Shown in pieces: positions 22,236 through 34,880 of a stretch of 64,000 bases of DNA. The position numbers were made by a program, and so were the translations under genes. This DNA comes from Iphione sp. A-MEVVRFRX5 (taxonomy: Eukaryota). How positions within the stretch are numbered: position 1 is the stretch's first letter; every line of letters begins with the position of its first letter. The notes beneath the pieces are model-generated. The model saw nothing but the letters and a program-made list of their open reading frames with translations. It searched no databases and was not told the DNA's origin. The DNA lies in the NCBI GenBank assembly GCA_976226885.1, contig OZ320318.1, positions 26,536,001-26,600,000 on the forward strand. Reading direction: 5' to 3'.

Positions 22236-25200
22236 TCCAGTGCTGATTCCCGTCATGACATTTGGTGCTGACGGAATTGTTGGTTCCACTGTGACGACAT
22301 TACCCTTGACCTAGTAAATCGCCGATAGTAATAAAGAAGCAGCGGTCCCAATATTACAAAACATAGGCTTAGATGCTCGTGGTATATAGTTGGCGATTTA
22401 CAAGTGTTACTATAAGCAACGGGAAAGGGCTAACACAGAATAGTGTAATAATCACTATATGTGAACAGGCAAAGGCACATGTCAGCAGGCGTAGTTCTGT
22501 GTGAAACTTCCATCATCTCTGGGTCACCCCTCCTCCCTTCACTATATATGAATATGATGCTCTGGATGTGTTGCTTTGGTAGCAAAGAATTGTGGATTTC
22601 ATTTTGGCGCAATGTATACCTCTCTGTACCATATACCTATAAAATCTAAAAAAAATATTTGTTTTTAGACACTTTTTGTCTGACACTTTATATATGTATG
22701 CCATTATTTTTTAAACATAAATACTTTCGTATGTATACCGAAAATGAACGGATTAACACGTTTATAGGCTTCTAACACTTTGAAACATTTTATTGGTGTT
22801 TATTGGAACCAATAGTTTTGATATCAAAGAATATTAGTGCTTGAAGCTACAATTAACATCAGCTTAGTGAAAGTGTTAATAATTTAGTATTTGTGTTCAT
22901 TATCAGCACATTAACATGTTAATACCAAAAACATACATGTATGTTCAGTGTAGTGAGGTTTGGCTTCTTTCATACAAACCGACCCCTCTCACAGACAGAG
23001 ATCATAACCAGTTTCGTCTTATACATTGTACAGGGGGGCATCCTAGGATTGAACTATAAAGTATAGGAGCTAATGAATGATGTAAGACTCTATACACGGG
23101 AGCCTTCATAATACCGTCTATGAAATATGATAAATACGTGATGAAAAAGGAGATATACACGCATATGATACCAGTGTGACGATAATTTTTCAGAGGAATC
23201 CGCCAAACTTCAGTTGTCTTTGGATTACACGAGACGCTTTCTACCGAACCCTATTAGCGCACCACTAGAGATAAGAGTCGGAACTTCCGTCGATGGTAGT
23301 TCGCTGGTGATCTCGGCTTCGCTAAATTAGCAGCTTCGGTCATAACTGGACGCATCAACAACGGTTGGTTTCCACTCAGCGACAGTATTTGCAAAAAAAA
23401 GAGGAAATAAAGCATGTCCTCTGAAAAGTTTTTAAACGAAAATACATCTGGCAGACAAAAAGCCAGCGCGACAAGAACAGGAGACAGGCAATCACAGATG
23501 GATACCGATCCATGTAAAAATTCGTTTGGTCTTAGGGTGCCGCTTATTTCGCCGCCGATGACGGGCCAATTACATCGGTGTGCCAGAGCTTCTACTGCAT
23601 GCTTCTTCTTCAATATTGATAAGAGGACGCCTCATTAAGGAGGCCACGTTGTGGTGACCATCTTTTGATGTGGTTCCCAGCGGTCGCCGAGGCCGTTTGG
23701 AGCTAGTTGGAAGTAGTATAAGAAAAGTGGACTTTGCTGTTGGCGACGGAGGTGCTTCTCCCTGCTTGTTTCCACAATGGTACGAGACAAAGAGAGGAAT
23801 AATAAAAAAAACCCACTCGGCTCATGAATCAGCCGTTCATTGCAGACCTCGAACCGTTGATAACCCAGTTGATTGGACTTGGTTTAGAGTTGTATGCTTT
23901 TGGGACCGCTAACAATCACACCCCGCTTAAGCTAAGACAATCGAGTAGACAAATGTTTGGCATCAAGGCCAATAAGAAGAAGATATATAGACTAGAGACA
24001 TTAAATAGGTGTCAGATTCTCGTCGCATCCCGAAGCGTTCTGTCTGTGATGATTGGTTGTTTATGAAATCATATTTAATGAGTTCCTATGTAGTGTACAA
24101 GCATGCCTCAGTTTGCCGTATCTATCCGTTATAATAGTGCAATTAGCCCAGGTAACAACAGATTGGATCATGTAAGCCTGAATGTACAGAACACTGTTTT
24201 GAGGTAATATGAAAATACATCCCGCCTTCTGGGATCTAGATAATGTGGATAATTGTTCAGATATGGTTAAAGTGTATATTGCTCATTTGGTAGTGGCATA
24301 TGAAGCGTTTTACTCAACAACTAACACATCCTCTTTTCACAGTGGAGGCTGTCATCTTGGTGGGTCGATTTCTATCAAAACAAAGCATTTCCTTAGCTTA
24401 AAGGGTTACTCAAAATACTTCTCTATTTTGACTTCCTTTTTAGGTAGATGGAGGGTTTCCTGCTTTGTAAACATGACAGTTATGTTGAAAAATAATATTG
24501 GTGCATAATAATAAACTCTGATTCTAATTCCATAATTTTTAGCGCCGCTAATACTGCTCAGACCCTGTGTAACTGGATCAGGGCATCCTTATAATAACTT
24601 TTACGTCCGATGAGAGGCAATGATCTCTAGTATCTGTATCGGACTAACCTTCAAACCCTTAATCCGGCCCAAAGAAGTGAAATATCAGGAAACATAGATG
24701 ACTGTTTGCCACTGTTCTGCAAACTATCACATCAATGCTACACATCAATCTATTTTACGAAAGGCGCATATGACATGATAATCAAACGCTTTGGCTTTAG
24801 ACAACAAGTCCCTCTGGTAATAGTAAACGACAGGCCTAATGGTTATCTTAAAATATTTTACAGAATGGTGAGTATGTCACGAAAGTAAGGAATGAATTTA
24901 TGAAACTGTATTACTACTTGCTGCAGATATTTTAAATCAGTTTCATTTCATAGAATGAAATATAAAATATGTCTAAAGTGTTGTTATATTATAAGAGATG
25001 ACATTTAAATAGTACCTCTTCATAGATATGATGTCGATGTCAAACCACTACCACCCTTAAGCCACCTTTATAGCGTAATAGACATTGCGATAAACAGTTG
25101 TTTTCACGACTTCTACATTTTGGGAATACGTATTTCGCATTGAATTCAATAGTGTTACAGATATGTAAGACACACTGGCACAATTATGGTTACTATTAAG

Positions 25201-26230
25201 AGTTTCAATTTTTTCTCATGAATTGTACAGAGGGGAATGTGACAACAAACAATGCGAACATTCAGTTTATTTCAAAATAACAGGAAAGTTTGTACAGAGC
25301 TGGGTTTCAATGAGAGAAGCACCCGTGTTACCATTGTTATAGCGAAACAGGAGCCACTAAGTGATATGCAGGTAGTTTTCGTTGCTTTGCGTCAATGATG
25401 TGCACTTACCCTTCTAACATGAAGACATTTTCTTACAGAAATTAAAGCAGATATATGTATACTTTATTAATATGTTTCCTTTACCACGATTAACAATATT
25501 CCGTCTGTTGTATTTCATAAGGATTTATTGCACCTTTGCAACATCTAATAAAGAATAAGCACCAATATTAATAAGTTCAGATACACTGACACGTTTATTT
25601 CGGATTGTTGAAAGGGCCCCAAAATTACATTCGCTTGTGTGTTTTGATTCGTGCGAATCCTTATTTTGGAAGAAACGACGCATCAGTTATGAATCAGGGT
25701 AATGAATCGTCGGTGCTATTTTTTACATTATGATAATTATTATTAGAAAATAGCCATGAGACACCAAAAGTTTTATGGATTCATTTCGGAAGTCAGAGTT
25801 TAAGTTTAGGTTTCAATATCATTTTTAAAAAACATCCATTTTCACGAAAGTGGCAGTGAGTTTTATATTTGAATTAATACTTGAAACATCTCAACTTTAT
25901 CATCCGTCCATTTTGGTAAGTGAATTAATACTGTGTGCTTTATACTGTATCTCGAATTTAAGTTTACACCCAAAGTCAATTTTATTCATCCATTATCCTT
26001 AACCAATTGTTCCAGTTTATACTCATGTATATTATCATTTCGAACTAATGGAATATTCCATACCATCAAGAGTTTGTAAGAGATAAGCATCAAGTGGCAT
26101 CGCTTCCCTTGTATCTGGCACTGACGCAGACCTTCAGACTATCCAGTAAATCAACTTACACGTTGGGTATGCCTCTGGGCCAGCGATCCGAGATAGCAAC
26201 ATCCCACGCGGTAATCAAATATCTGATATC

Positions 26231-26267
26231 AGAGAGAGGGAGACAGAGACGGAGACAGAGAGACAGA

Positions 26268-26310
<43 letters not shown>

Positions 26311-26355
26311 AAGGAGGGAGGGAGGGGAGGGTGGGAGGGAGACATGGAGGCAGGG
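26231..26355. repeat. (GA)n / (GGAG)n purine tract
   Basis: Directly visible; lies in the probable 3' UTR of the PRR16-like gene. Confidence 0.95.
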
Positions 26356-26741
26356 AGGGTCAATGGTTTTTACTCGTAGATTTTCCTAAGATCAAGCTAT
26401 TTTTCTCTTTAACCTTACATTGGGTTTAGCTTTGCCTGGCTTCACGAATGTGTCAGACATAAAAAAAGCGTTCTACTTTAGTACTTTACTTTGTAAAGGT
26501 ACGTCGTTTAACAAAGTCATTTCGCTCATTTTAGTCTTGACAGTGATGGATCAAAATTGTCGCCAATCTCTATGAATGTACTGGAGAAGAAAACAAACGC
26601 CTCTAATGAGAGGTAATGGGAAGAGGCTGGGAGTGTGTACTGTCATTTTGTCATTTAGTCTTGAAAAAAATGGTAGACCCGGCAGGGTTTCAACAGCAAA
26701 CACTGTAAAGCTGTTCCTAGTAATTGCCATAATGAAGCCGT

Positions 26742-28475
26742 TCACCCAGTTTCCAGGCCACCAAGGCTTTGGTTGTAGTATTTGTCGAACACAGAGGCCC
26801 AGGGCACCTCAGCAGCACAGTCTGGCATCACGGCCTCATCGGCCTCGGACACGAAGACGTTGTCATTGAGAATGTCGGAGGAGGCCTCGGACGGTGTTTC
26901 GGTGAATTGGTCGGAAGAAGAGGTGGGCAGGGTGCCCAGATTCACCAAGGTGTAGGCGGCCCAGCGACTCACCCTCTCCCGGTCGAAGGTGGATCCGTAG
27001 TCCGGGTAGGTTTGCAGATCGAGCGTCCGCGGACTGTTATCGAGCTCCTCCTCGTCGAAGAAGAGCTCCAGCTTGAGCTCGAGTTCACGCTCGTAGACGC
27101 CGCAGTACTCGGAGTCGGGGCTCGGAGAGCATGGGGAACACTGGGCGTGGTGGACGTGCAGCAGGGGGCCTTTCAAGTCGTCGCCCAGACACCCACTATC
27201 CCCTCCGACTGGCAGCAGCCCAGCCTTTGCACGGTGTTCCTGTAGTGGAGCGTGGGGATGGCTTGAGAAGTGGTCCTCTTGCTGTCGCGGCGGGTTGCCA
27301 TCTGCGGCTAGTGATGGTCGATTGTCACAGTACTGAAAGGGCATCGGCGGGCGGTGCAGGTCTACCTGAGTCGTATTGTCGACCATTTCAGCGCGACGGC
27401 CGGCCAGACCCCGGCCCGACTTCCGATGCCTTCCATGCTGACGGCTGCCATTGCATGTGTTGCCGTTGCCACTCTCGTTACTGTTGCCTATGCCACTGCT
27501 GCTGTTACTAGTTCGTGGCGACTGCGCCTGACTTCCCATCGACGTCCGCTGGGAGGCGCGCGATGTATTGTTCCCCACTCTCGTCGGACCTAAAGGCTGA
27601 GATGGAGGCGGTGGTGGGAGGAGCGGGAGGGGCCCAACCCGCATGGGGAAATTCTCGTAAATGGCTTGGCTCTCCGCTTTTCTCCTGCTGCCTGTGACAT
27701 TAGGAGAAGTACTGGTTCGTAAAGGCGAATTGGTCGCCGTGTTCGAACAGTTGCTCGCGGCGGCTCCAGCGCGCGTGGTCTCCCTCTTAGGGCACAACCC
27801 ACCGGGAGAACATATAACAATGTCGTCCTTACGGGGTGATGCAGGAGCCCGGGTGCTTGCGGTGTGATTTGTCAGGCACGTTGCGGCGTTCTCATCTCCC
27901 GACTTTTCTACAGAAACCAGCGGCGGCGCGTTGTTCAACTCGTTGCTCGGGGCCTCTCCCCCAGATCCAGACATCCCCGTTGCTATATCATGGCCAGTAT
28001 TAAGGATAGGAGTCACGTCGCCATGAATCTGGAAGACCCAGTCAGCATGTGGCCGCAGCAATTCAAACGGCTGTGATAAAGAGTGGCGGACGAGCCCAGG
28101 AAGGTGGCGGCGAGGGGAACCCGTTTCGAGCAGTGACGCGGAACGCCGCCTCTTATCGAGCAGCTCCGCGCCATACTCCTCGTCGATTTTGCTTGTCACT
28201 ACGTCAATTTGGTTCACGAGCACGCGTAAGTCACCGACGACGGTTTTCAGCTCTCCCAGTACATTCTCCAGGTCGTCGACCACAGCCTTAACCTGCTCTT
28301 TGACAACGACCTGCTCGCCGCTTCCTGCACTACTGGTGGCTGCACTGCTGCTTCTGTTGCTGCCTATGTCGCACTCCTTACAACCATCACTGATGCATTT
28401 CACAGCACTGCTCTTACTGCTCGCCTGTCTGGTGGGGCTGGGGGTTCCGCCCTTACTATCTTCTTTTATATCCAT
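26742..28475 (-). CDS. PRR16: PRR16 (Largen)/INSYN1-family protein, single coding exon (~577 aa from the first ATG)
   Basis: The 586-codon ORF is by far the longest in the window. VKEQVKAVVDDLENVLGELKTVVGDLRVLVNQIDVVTSKI matches the recalled PRR16 coiled coil (VKEQIKIIVEDLELVLGDLKDVAKELKEVVDQIDTLTSDL). It has a Pro/Ser-rich body and an RERV motif. First in-frame ATG at 28475; the track start at 28502 is TTG. Acceptors lie just upstream (AG at about 28530 and 28591). PRR16 versus INSYN1 orthology is unresolved. Confidence 0.8.
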   Translation of the reverse strand: MDIKEDSKGGTPSPTRQASSKSSAVKCISDGCKECDIGSNRSSSAATSSAGSGEQVVVKEQVKAVVDDLENVLGELKTVVGDLRVLVNQIDVVTSKIDEEYGAELLDKRRRSASLLETGSPRRHLPGLVRHSLSQPFELLRPHADWVFQIHGDVTPILNTGHDIATGMSGSGGEAPSNELNNAPPLVSVEKSGDENAATCLTNHTASTRAPASPRKDDIVICSPGGLCPKRETTRAGAAASNCSNTATNSPLRTSTSPNVTGSRRKAESQAIYENFPMRVGPLPLLPPPPPSQPLGPTRVGNNTSRASQRTSMGSQAQSPRTSNSSSGIGNSNESGNGNTCNGSRQHGRHRKSGRGLAGRRAEMVDNTTQVDLHRPPMPFQYCDNRPSLAADGNPPRQQEDHFSSHPHAPLQEHRAKAGLLPVGGDSGCLGDDLKGPLLHVHHAQCSPCSPSPDSEYCGVYERELELKLELFFDEEELDNSPRTLDLQTYPDYGSTFDRERVSRWAAYTLVNLGTLPTSSSDQFTETPSEASSDILNDNVFVSEADEAVMPDCAAEVPWASVFDKYYNQSLGGLETG

Positions 28476-29309
28476 ATCGACCTTGAGTGTCGGGGATGTC
28501 AAGTTAAGGAAGTGAGGTCGACACTGAACCTGAGTATGATATACATACTATGAATGCATTCCGTGTCAAAACTCCACTATGAGTATTTACCTGCGGAAGA
28601 TTGAAAATAGTATTACACGTTTATAAGGAAACAGATGAGAATTGCAAGTAATTATATAAACTAAGGTGCGCATGATATCGCAGTTGTTTTCATATGATTT
28701 TACCGTCTAGTATTTGTTAATTCTGTTTGCTAAGTAATTTGAAATCACTTAGACATACGTTAAAAGTTGAGAGCTATGCAATCATGTTTTAGATTAAATG
28801 CCGCCATGATGCGCGACTGGTTCTAGTGAGTGAAATTAACGTTCTGAGACTGGAGACAGATCCACTTTCACGGACATACAGCTGCGAATCAATAGGCTTT
28901 TAGATCTCCGATGTGGCGATGAAATAGGGGCCTCTACAGACCGCGTGAATTAATCACGTATGCGTGAGAAAAACCATTAGAGATGCTTGATGAGCTTGAT
29001 GATCTCTCCTACTCCATCCAAATTATCCGGATGGTGCTATATACATAGCTGTGAGGATAATGAACGTAGTGACAATTCAAAGACTTCAATGCGGCTTTCT
29101 GGGAACTGATCGGTGATCAAGAACGTACAGAACACTCTATTCTTTCCTCACTGCTCGGAGTAGACAATAAACAGATAGCGTTGTTAATTTTCTAGTGATT
29201 GCGATTATCAATCCAAAGTTTCAATCCATAATTTCTTGGATTCTATCCAAAATAACGACAATTGTGAAGTGTGCGGTTTCTGTTTGCAATTCGGTCCAAG
29301 GAATACATA

Positions 29310-29737
29310 CAGTGGAATCCCTCTACTAAGGAAACCCTATACCAAGGACACCCAACATTATGCAAAGGCTGGAAACAGAACCCGGTGTAATCATGCTTAA
29401 ATACTTCTACTATTAAGGACATGCCTCTTAATAACGTGTTAATAGCTCAGTTCCACTAACAACATACGTGAGGAGGCCTTGCAGAGCAAGCTACGTCTTC
29501 TATTTTCTATCTGGAGTTAGTTTTGTAACAGGTGCCCTTAAATCACTTTTGTCGTTGCATTTTGTACAGTAGTTATCATTTCATTACATATCATTTAAAT
29601 ATCTTTTGGTATTTGACAGACTTGGAAATGCTGGGTGGGATACTTTATTCTACACCTCACCAGCGTAAATAAAGAAATAACAAAATATTAAAAAATGTAT
29701 AATTTCCATCTCTGTCCATAGTAGAGAGATTCCACTG
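29310..29737. mobile_element. Second, longer copy of the same MITE family
   Basis: ta|cagtggaatccctctactaagg ... tgtccatagtagagagattccactg. Shares the internal words aaacagaacc, gtgtaatcatg and aaggaca with 1087-1262. Confidence 0.72.
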
Positions 29738-30379
29738 TGCTTTCTTAAACTAAAATGTACCCGCGACACCCACCATCCTTTCGACTCACTTGACCACTCT
29801 AATTGCAACTTACTTCTGATATGACCTGCTCGGTTATCACCTGTCAAGTAAAGCATTGCTTTCAGTGCCGGGTGACGCTCCGTTTCGTCATTTCCAGTGA
29901 AGTCTTCTCCTTTCTCTTAGCCTAAAATTGGTCGTCTCTTCCTCCATGCCAGCGGCCTATGAGAGAAAAGAAAAAGTACGTGTTCAAATTTCATTTGGAG
30001 CAAAAATGTACCATTTGGCCCTACATGTTATGATATGAATGTACAATATTCTCGGTTTTAGGAAATTAGGCCACTAGAGGCACATGTGTATTGTATTTTA
30101 AATTCTCGGTATTGTTGGCCAAGGGCGCTCTTGGATGGAACCAGAGCAAAGCGAGGGAGGAGGTGATGTAAAGAGCAAGGGTCAGATATAGGGAACCACG
30201 AGCTTTTGTGACGCTTGTAATACACGGAGGTGCTGGGGCTGACAGCTCGGGCCTTGCAGTCGTTGTCTGTGAGGTTGGGGGGCCACAGCCTCTGGTTCGC
30301 AGTCCACTAAAAACGTTTGATCGATGGACCGCTTCAACGGACCAGTGGGCGACTGTTGGTGCCCTCTGCCTCCCTACAT

Positions 30380-30730
30380 CGCCCACTTCACCACTCAACT
30401 CCGCTCAACCCGGACGTACCCACTAAATACACACCGACCATCCCTCACAGAACCTTACGTCCGTGCCCCCAGTGCCATGCCCACAGAGGAGATCATAAAT
30501 TGCTGGGAGGAGCTCCTATCGCTCCTGGGGACCGTTCCAGCGTAGCTATAACCATTTGCCGCTTCAGGCCTTGTGCCGCCAGCCTCACCCTTTCCAGCAT
30601 GATGTCTCACGACATTCTCCCGCGTCTTCCTGCCTCTTTAGGGTTGCTACCACTCTCGTGTTTCACCGTGTCCTTGCCATAGAAAGCGATTCCCATTCAT
30701 CGTGGGTATCATCAGTCAGTGCAACCCATG
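30380..30730 (+). mobile_element. Possible DIRS/Ngaro tyrosine-recombinase remnant
   Basis: GC-rich island. QLRSTRTY and SLGLLPLSCFTV loosely match the (L.PSTRRTY) and (FFGFLR.SEFT) motifs. Frames are broken. Confidence 0.22.
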
Positions 30731-31160
30731 TGCCAATTGGTCAAAAGACGTTAGAAACATTGGACTGAATATGACCGTTGCGGTCTTTAAGCTGGACACC
30801 GCCTAGATGCGTTCTACTTTCCACCTCTGAATGCACTACATTCGATGTACTCCTATCAATCCATCAGTCGCGTTAACATCATGAGATTCCCTTGCACTAT
30901 TTCCACTTGCCTGATTTTACCCAATTCCGTTCTCTCCATTGAACTCCCCTTGTGCACCACCTGCCAGTGTCTAATCATCCCCACTCATGAATATTTCCTA
31001 TTTCGTGTGAGCAGTATGAAAGATTCTGCTGTTAAATGGGTCTTTTTTACCTAGAGATCATCGTGTCACGTGTAATAATGGCGAAGATCACAATGAATCA
31101 TTTTTCTAAACAATTCCACAAATCTCTCTTTTGCATCCGTTCTCTGTCCTCTCCCCTGTC

Positions 31161-31307
31161 NNNNNNNNNNNNNNNNNNNNNNNNNNNNNNNNNNNNNNNN
31201 NNNNNNNNNNNNNNNNNNNNNNNNNNNNNNNNNNNNNNNNNNNNNNNNNNNNNNNNNNNNNNNNNNNNNNNNNNNNNNNNNNNNNNNNNNNNNNNNNNNN
31301 NNNNNNN
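31161..31307. other. Assembly gap (147 N)
   Basis: Run of N. ORFs crossing it are artefacts, and contiguity across it is not guaranteed. Confidence 0.99.
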
Positions 31308-31489
31308 CGCTATAGGATAGAAACCCTTGCTACTGCAACCCACATAAAAAGCCTCAGTGCTATCTCAGGTGCAGTACTCCCCTGCTAGCCTCACGTAACC
31401 CCGGACTGCCATATCTTCAAAAGCAGAGGCCACTTTACATGGTAGCCAACCAAATTGAATCGACCACTGGTCGCCGGACTAGGTGTCAG

Positions 31490-31712
31490 CTGACGGCGAC
31501 TGGGCGACTCGCGCATGCGTCTCCCGCGAGGCGCGCCCGGCCCATCGACATGTCACGTGGAAGTCACGTAATTTCCCGCGTTGCCACACAAGACCTCGCA
31601 CGCGCCACCTGACCCCGGCATGCAAACTGACGCCCTAGTCGCACGCATGACATTCAGATTTCCTGGTTCTCCTGAGCGCAGGAAACCACCAGGAATCGAC
31701 CGTAGACTAATG
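31490..31712. promoter_or_regulatory. CpG-rich element with housekeeping-promoter motifs (may be repeat-derived)
   Basis: gcgcatgcg (NRF1-like, 31511), gtcacgtg (E-box, 31552), tttcccgcg (E2F, 31572) and a hairpin at 31660-31695. Confidence 0.38.
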
Positions 31713-34539
31713 TATACCTTAATGACTATGATACCTATCACACGCCATTGTCTTAATACCTTAGCATTTTTAACTACAATATACAAAAGCTACATACGAA
31801 ATCATATGTAGATTTTTGGGACCTCTGTGTATCAATTATGAATGTTTCAATTAATGTTTGCATATGTATATATTTGTATGATTATTATAAATAGATAGAT
31901 GAAAAATGAGATGTATTTCTTACTAACATAGTTTGTTATTATACCAGCTTTGTAGTAACTAGGAGCAATCCTGGTTGCAAATACATTAATTTGTATACAA
32001 TTTACCAGGTGAAATAAAGACTTATAATAAAAAACAAGTATAAACGGACAGAAAATACATGTATTCTGATAATGTCTATATACTGCCAATGAAAATAAAG
32101 AATAAGAATCATGAGTGAGACATCCTACTCCCCCCCAAGCCACAATAGGACACTGGGCTTGGACTGGGATTTTTGTTGCTACATGTCGACGTGTAATATT
32201 TTGCACGAAAATCATCCATTTACGTGTGGATGATAGACAACCGCGTTTTCCGTGCCAGAAGAAGGGGGATTAAACCTTTTATATCGTCAGCTTAAACATG
32301 TAAATATTTATATTTATCCTTTGATATTTAATTCTAAAAACAGAGCGATGGCCCTTATCTATGCCGGGGAGAGTGGCCCACCAGCATAATATTAGAATGA
32401 CCATCAACATTACATCAAAGAATCTAAAATGTAGCAGTTTCTTTGTTTTGCATTAGTTAAAAATGCACCATTTGCAGACGCATTGGTTTCTATATGGTTA
32501 TGAAGGTGGTTTGAAGGCAGTGTCTGTTAACCCATTCCTGCATATTTTCGTTGCAAAAAATGTTGTCGCTCTGTCCGTTCCAAAGTTTTCCCTCACTCTC
32601 CATGGCGATTATTATTTACGGACATGGCCTATTGCTAGTGTAGTAAGGTTTCTTTGACAAGCTATTAATCATTTCAAAGTCTGTATCAAAATGATTCATT
32701 TCTTACCTAAATTAAGGGTATTATGGGATCCAAGGAGACAACCTATTTGAAGATAACCTTAGCAATATAGCAACAGTGAAACAAGCATACACACATCCTC
32801 AATTTAGCTGATGAATAGTACCGAAGCGAAACAGATGTGTGGAGACATACAAATTCTCTTTATTTACCAGATTGTAGACTGCACAGAACGTATAAATATG
32901 TGAGCTGCTATTAGGAACCACATGAGCAAGCTTCAACACGTTAGTAACTGAACTCTTTTGTCGTTTTGATTATAGAGATTAATGGAAAAATGTAAAACAT
33001 GATCAATGAGATTCGTTTCAAGCATCCATCTTGATACACTGAAACTCACAACCTTTCTTTATTCAGTGGGCAAAACATAATCTCTATTAAAAGGTCTACT
33101 TCTACCTTTAGGCACAATAAAATAGAACATTCTGATTCAAGTATCTGGATCATTATATCGCCTATGTGAATTTTAAACTTATGAGAAGGCTTTTCTAAAA
33201 AGAAACTCTTTTAATATCGTCATGTTCAAAGGTATAACATTGACTTCAGGATACTTCTCCGACTGTTGGAGAACCTCCCTTAACACGATCAGATTCACTG
33301 ATATCCTTTTAGTCATGAAGTAATGTTGACCGGAGGGAAGGTGTAGAAAACGTGCGCTATGATAGGTGTTTTGAACAGTAAGAATCGCACTTCGAGAGCA
33401 TATTTCTACCTAATTGTTTATCGATCGCAAAGCTGATTGATCCAAGTGTGAGTATAGTTTTAGGTATATTTATTTGCATTTAAACAAGAAGAAGGTTTAT
33501 ATTAAAACACTCACTGTGGTCGTATGCACCCGTTCCGTATATTTTTATTATTTTGCTGTAGATCGACCGTCTACTCTAATAACTGTTCGGCACCGAGGAT
33601 CTTAGAAAAGGAAGAAAACAAGTTTCCTGTCATCTCCAATAAACTCAAATTATTTGAGTGCTCTTCAAAGAGATTATGCTCATACAAGTGCAATGATCAG
33701 AACAGTTCTGCTTGAGAGCAGTAAGAAAGATATAGCTTCGAGCAGCTGACTGTCGTGTATAAAAATGAATAAACTAAAAGGTTCTGCTAGGATGGTAGAG
33801 GCCATGGATATGTGCACTGTAGACGTTCATTTTTTTGCCAGCTCATTGGAAAGTAACTGACGTCATCAGAGTGAGAGCTTTTCCAGGGGGCAATGGGTTC
33901 GAAGAAGAAAAATGGGAGTTATATTTGGAAAGAGAAATCTTCAGTCAGAAAGGTTGGCAAGGGGCGGGGGATACATTAAGAGATAAGAGGCTAAAGATAC
34001 AATAATAGTCAATAGCACACAGGAAAAATACCATATAATTTATCTGCATATGTTTATGCATATATGGACAAAGCTTACATTATAAGTATGAAAATGGTCT
34101 GATGTCAGGGAAACTACTTTTGCCAGGGCCTATATAATTTACTTGGCTTATAAATTCATGGAGAGAATGCCTGCATAAATTTGGGAGGAGGAAAGCGTTT
34201 TTTTTACACTGAAGAAACTGATTCATTCATGCACAAGCAGACCGATATCTCGTGCATATGTCCGTCTAGACGTAGACGGGCAAAGCATATGGTACATTTC
34301 CCTGAGCGCTGGAGACATGAGAAGTAGCTTCCGTCGTCTATCTACTCAATGTATCCTCGTAGGATGTTTGCCTCTCTATCGATGGCCCTGCCTTGCATGA
34401 TCCTGCTTTCAAAGACCTTTCCATTTAGTGTGTTGAATAATGTGCACGGCCCCCGGGATGGGTTGGGGTTGAGTCTCACGGAGGCCGCACTGCTGCAAAA
34501 TCATCTCGCCGGATTAACATTAATAATGCATGTGATCTT

Positions 34540-34880
34540 AAGGTCGTGCGGAAGGTTGCAATCATGTGACCGGAAGATTGGGACGTGCGCGGACATCTGT
34601 TGCGTCCATCCGCCCATTTCCGTATCCGATCTCTTTTGCCTCTTATCCTCACATGCCACTTATATACATTTATACTTTTTTTGCGTGGAACCTCTTTGCA
34701 ATTGCTAGACGGAAGCCGGAAGGCTTTCGTTTTATACGGGGCTTGTCTGTCGGCAGTCAGTTTGCCAATCTAGCAACATGAATGTTTACGTGTATACGTT
34801 CAGCCATGCAGTACATAATGAGACTACACGGTATCTCTTTTGAATCACGACATACACGGCAGACGCATGCGCAGTGTGCT
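34540..34880. promoter_or_regulatory. Promoter/enhancer-like motif cluster
   Basis: ccggaag ETS sites at 34570 and 34716, NRF1-like acgcatgcgca at about 34863, local CpG enrichment. Confidence 0.33.

Noticed and set aside
26769-28515. Plus-strand ORFs inside the PRR16-like gene
   Set aside because: Antisense shadows of the 586-codon frame.
31036-31388. ORFs spanning the N run
   Set aside because: Assembly-gap artefacts.
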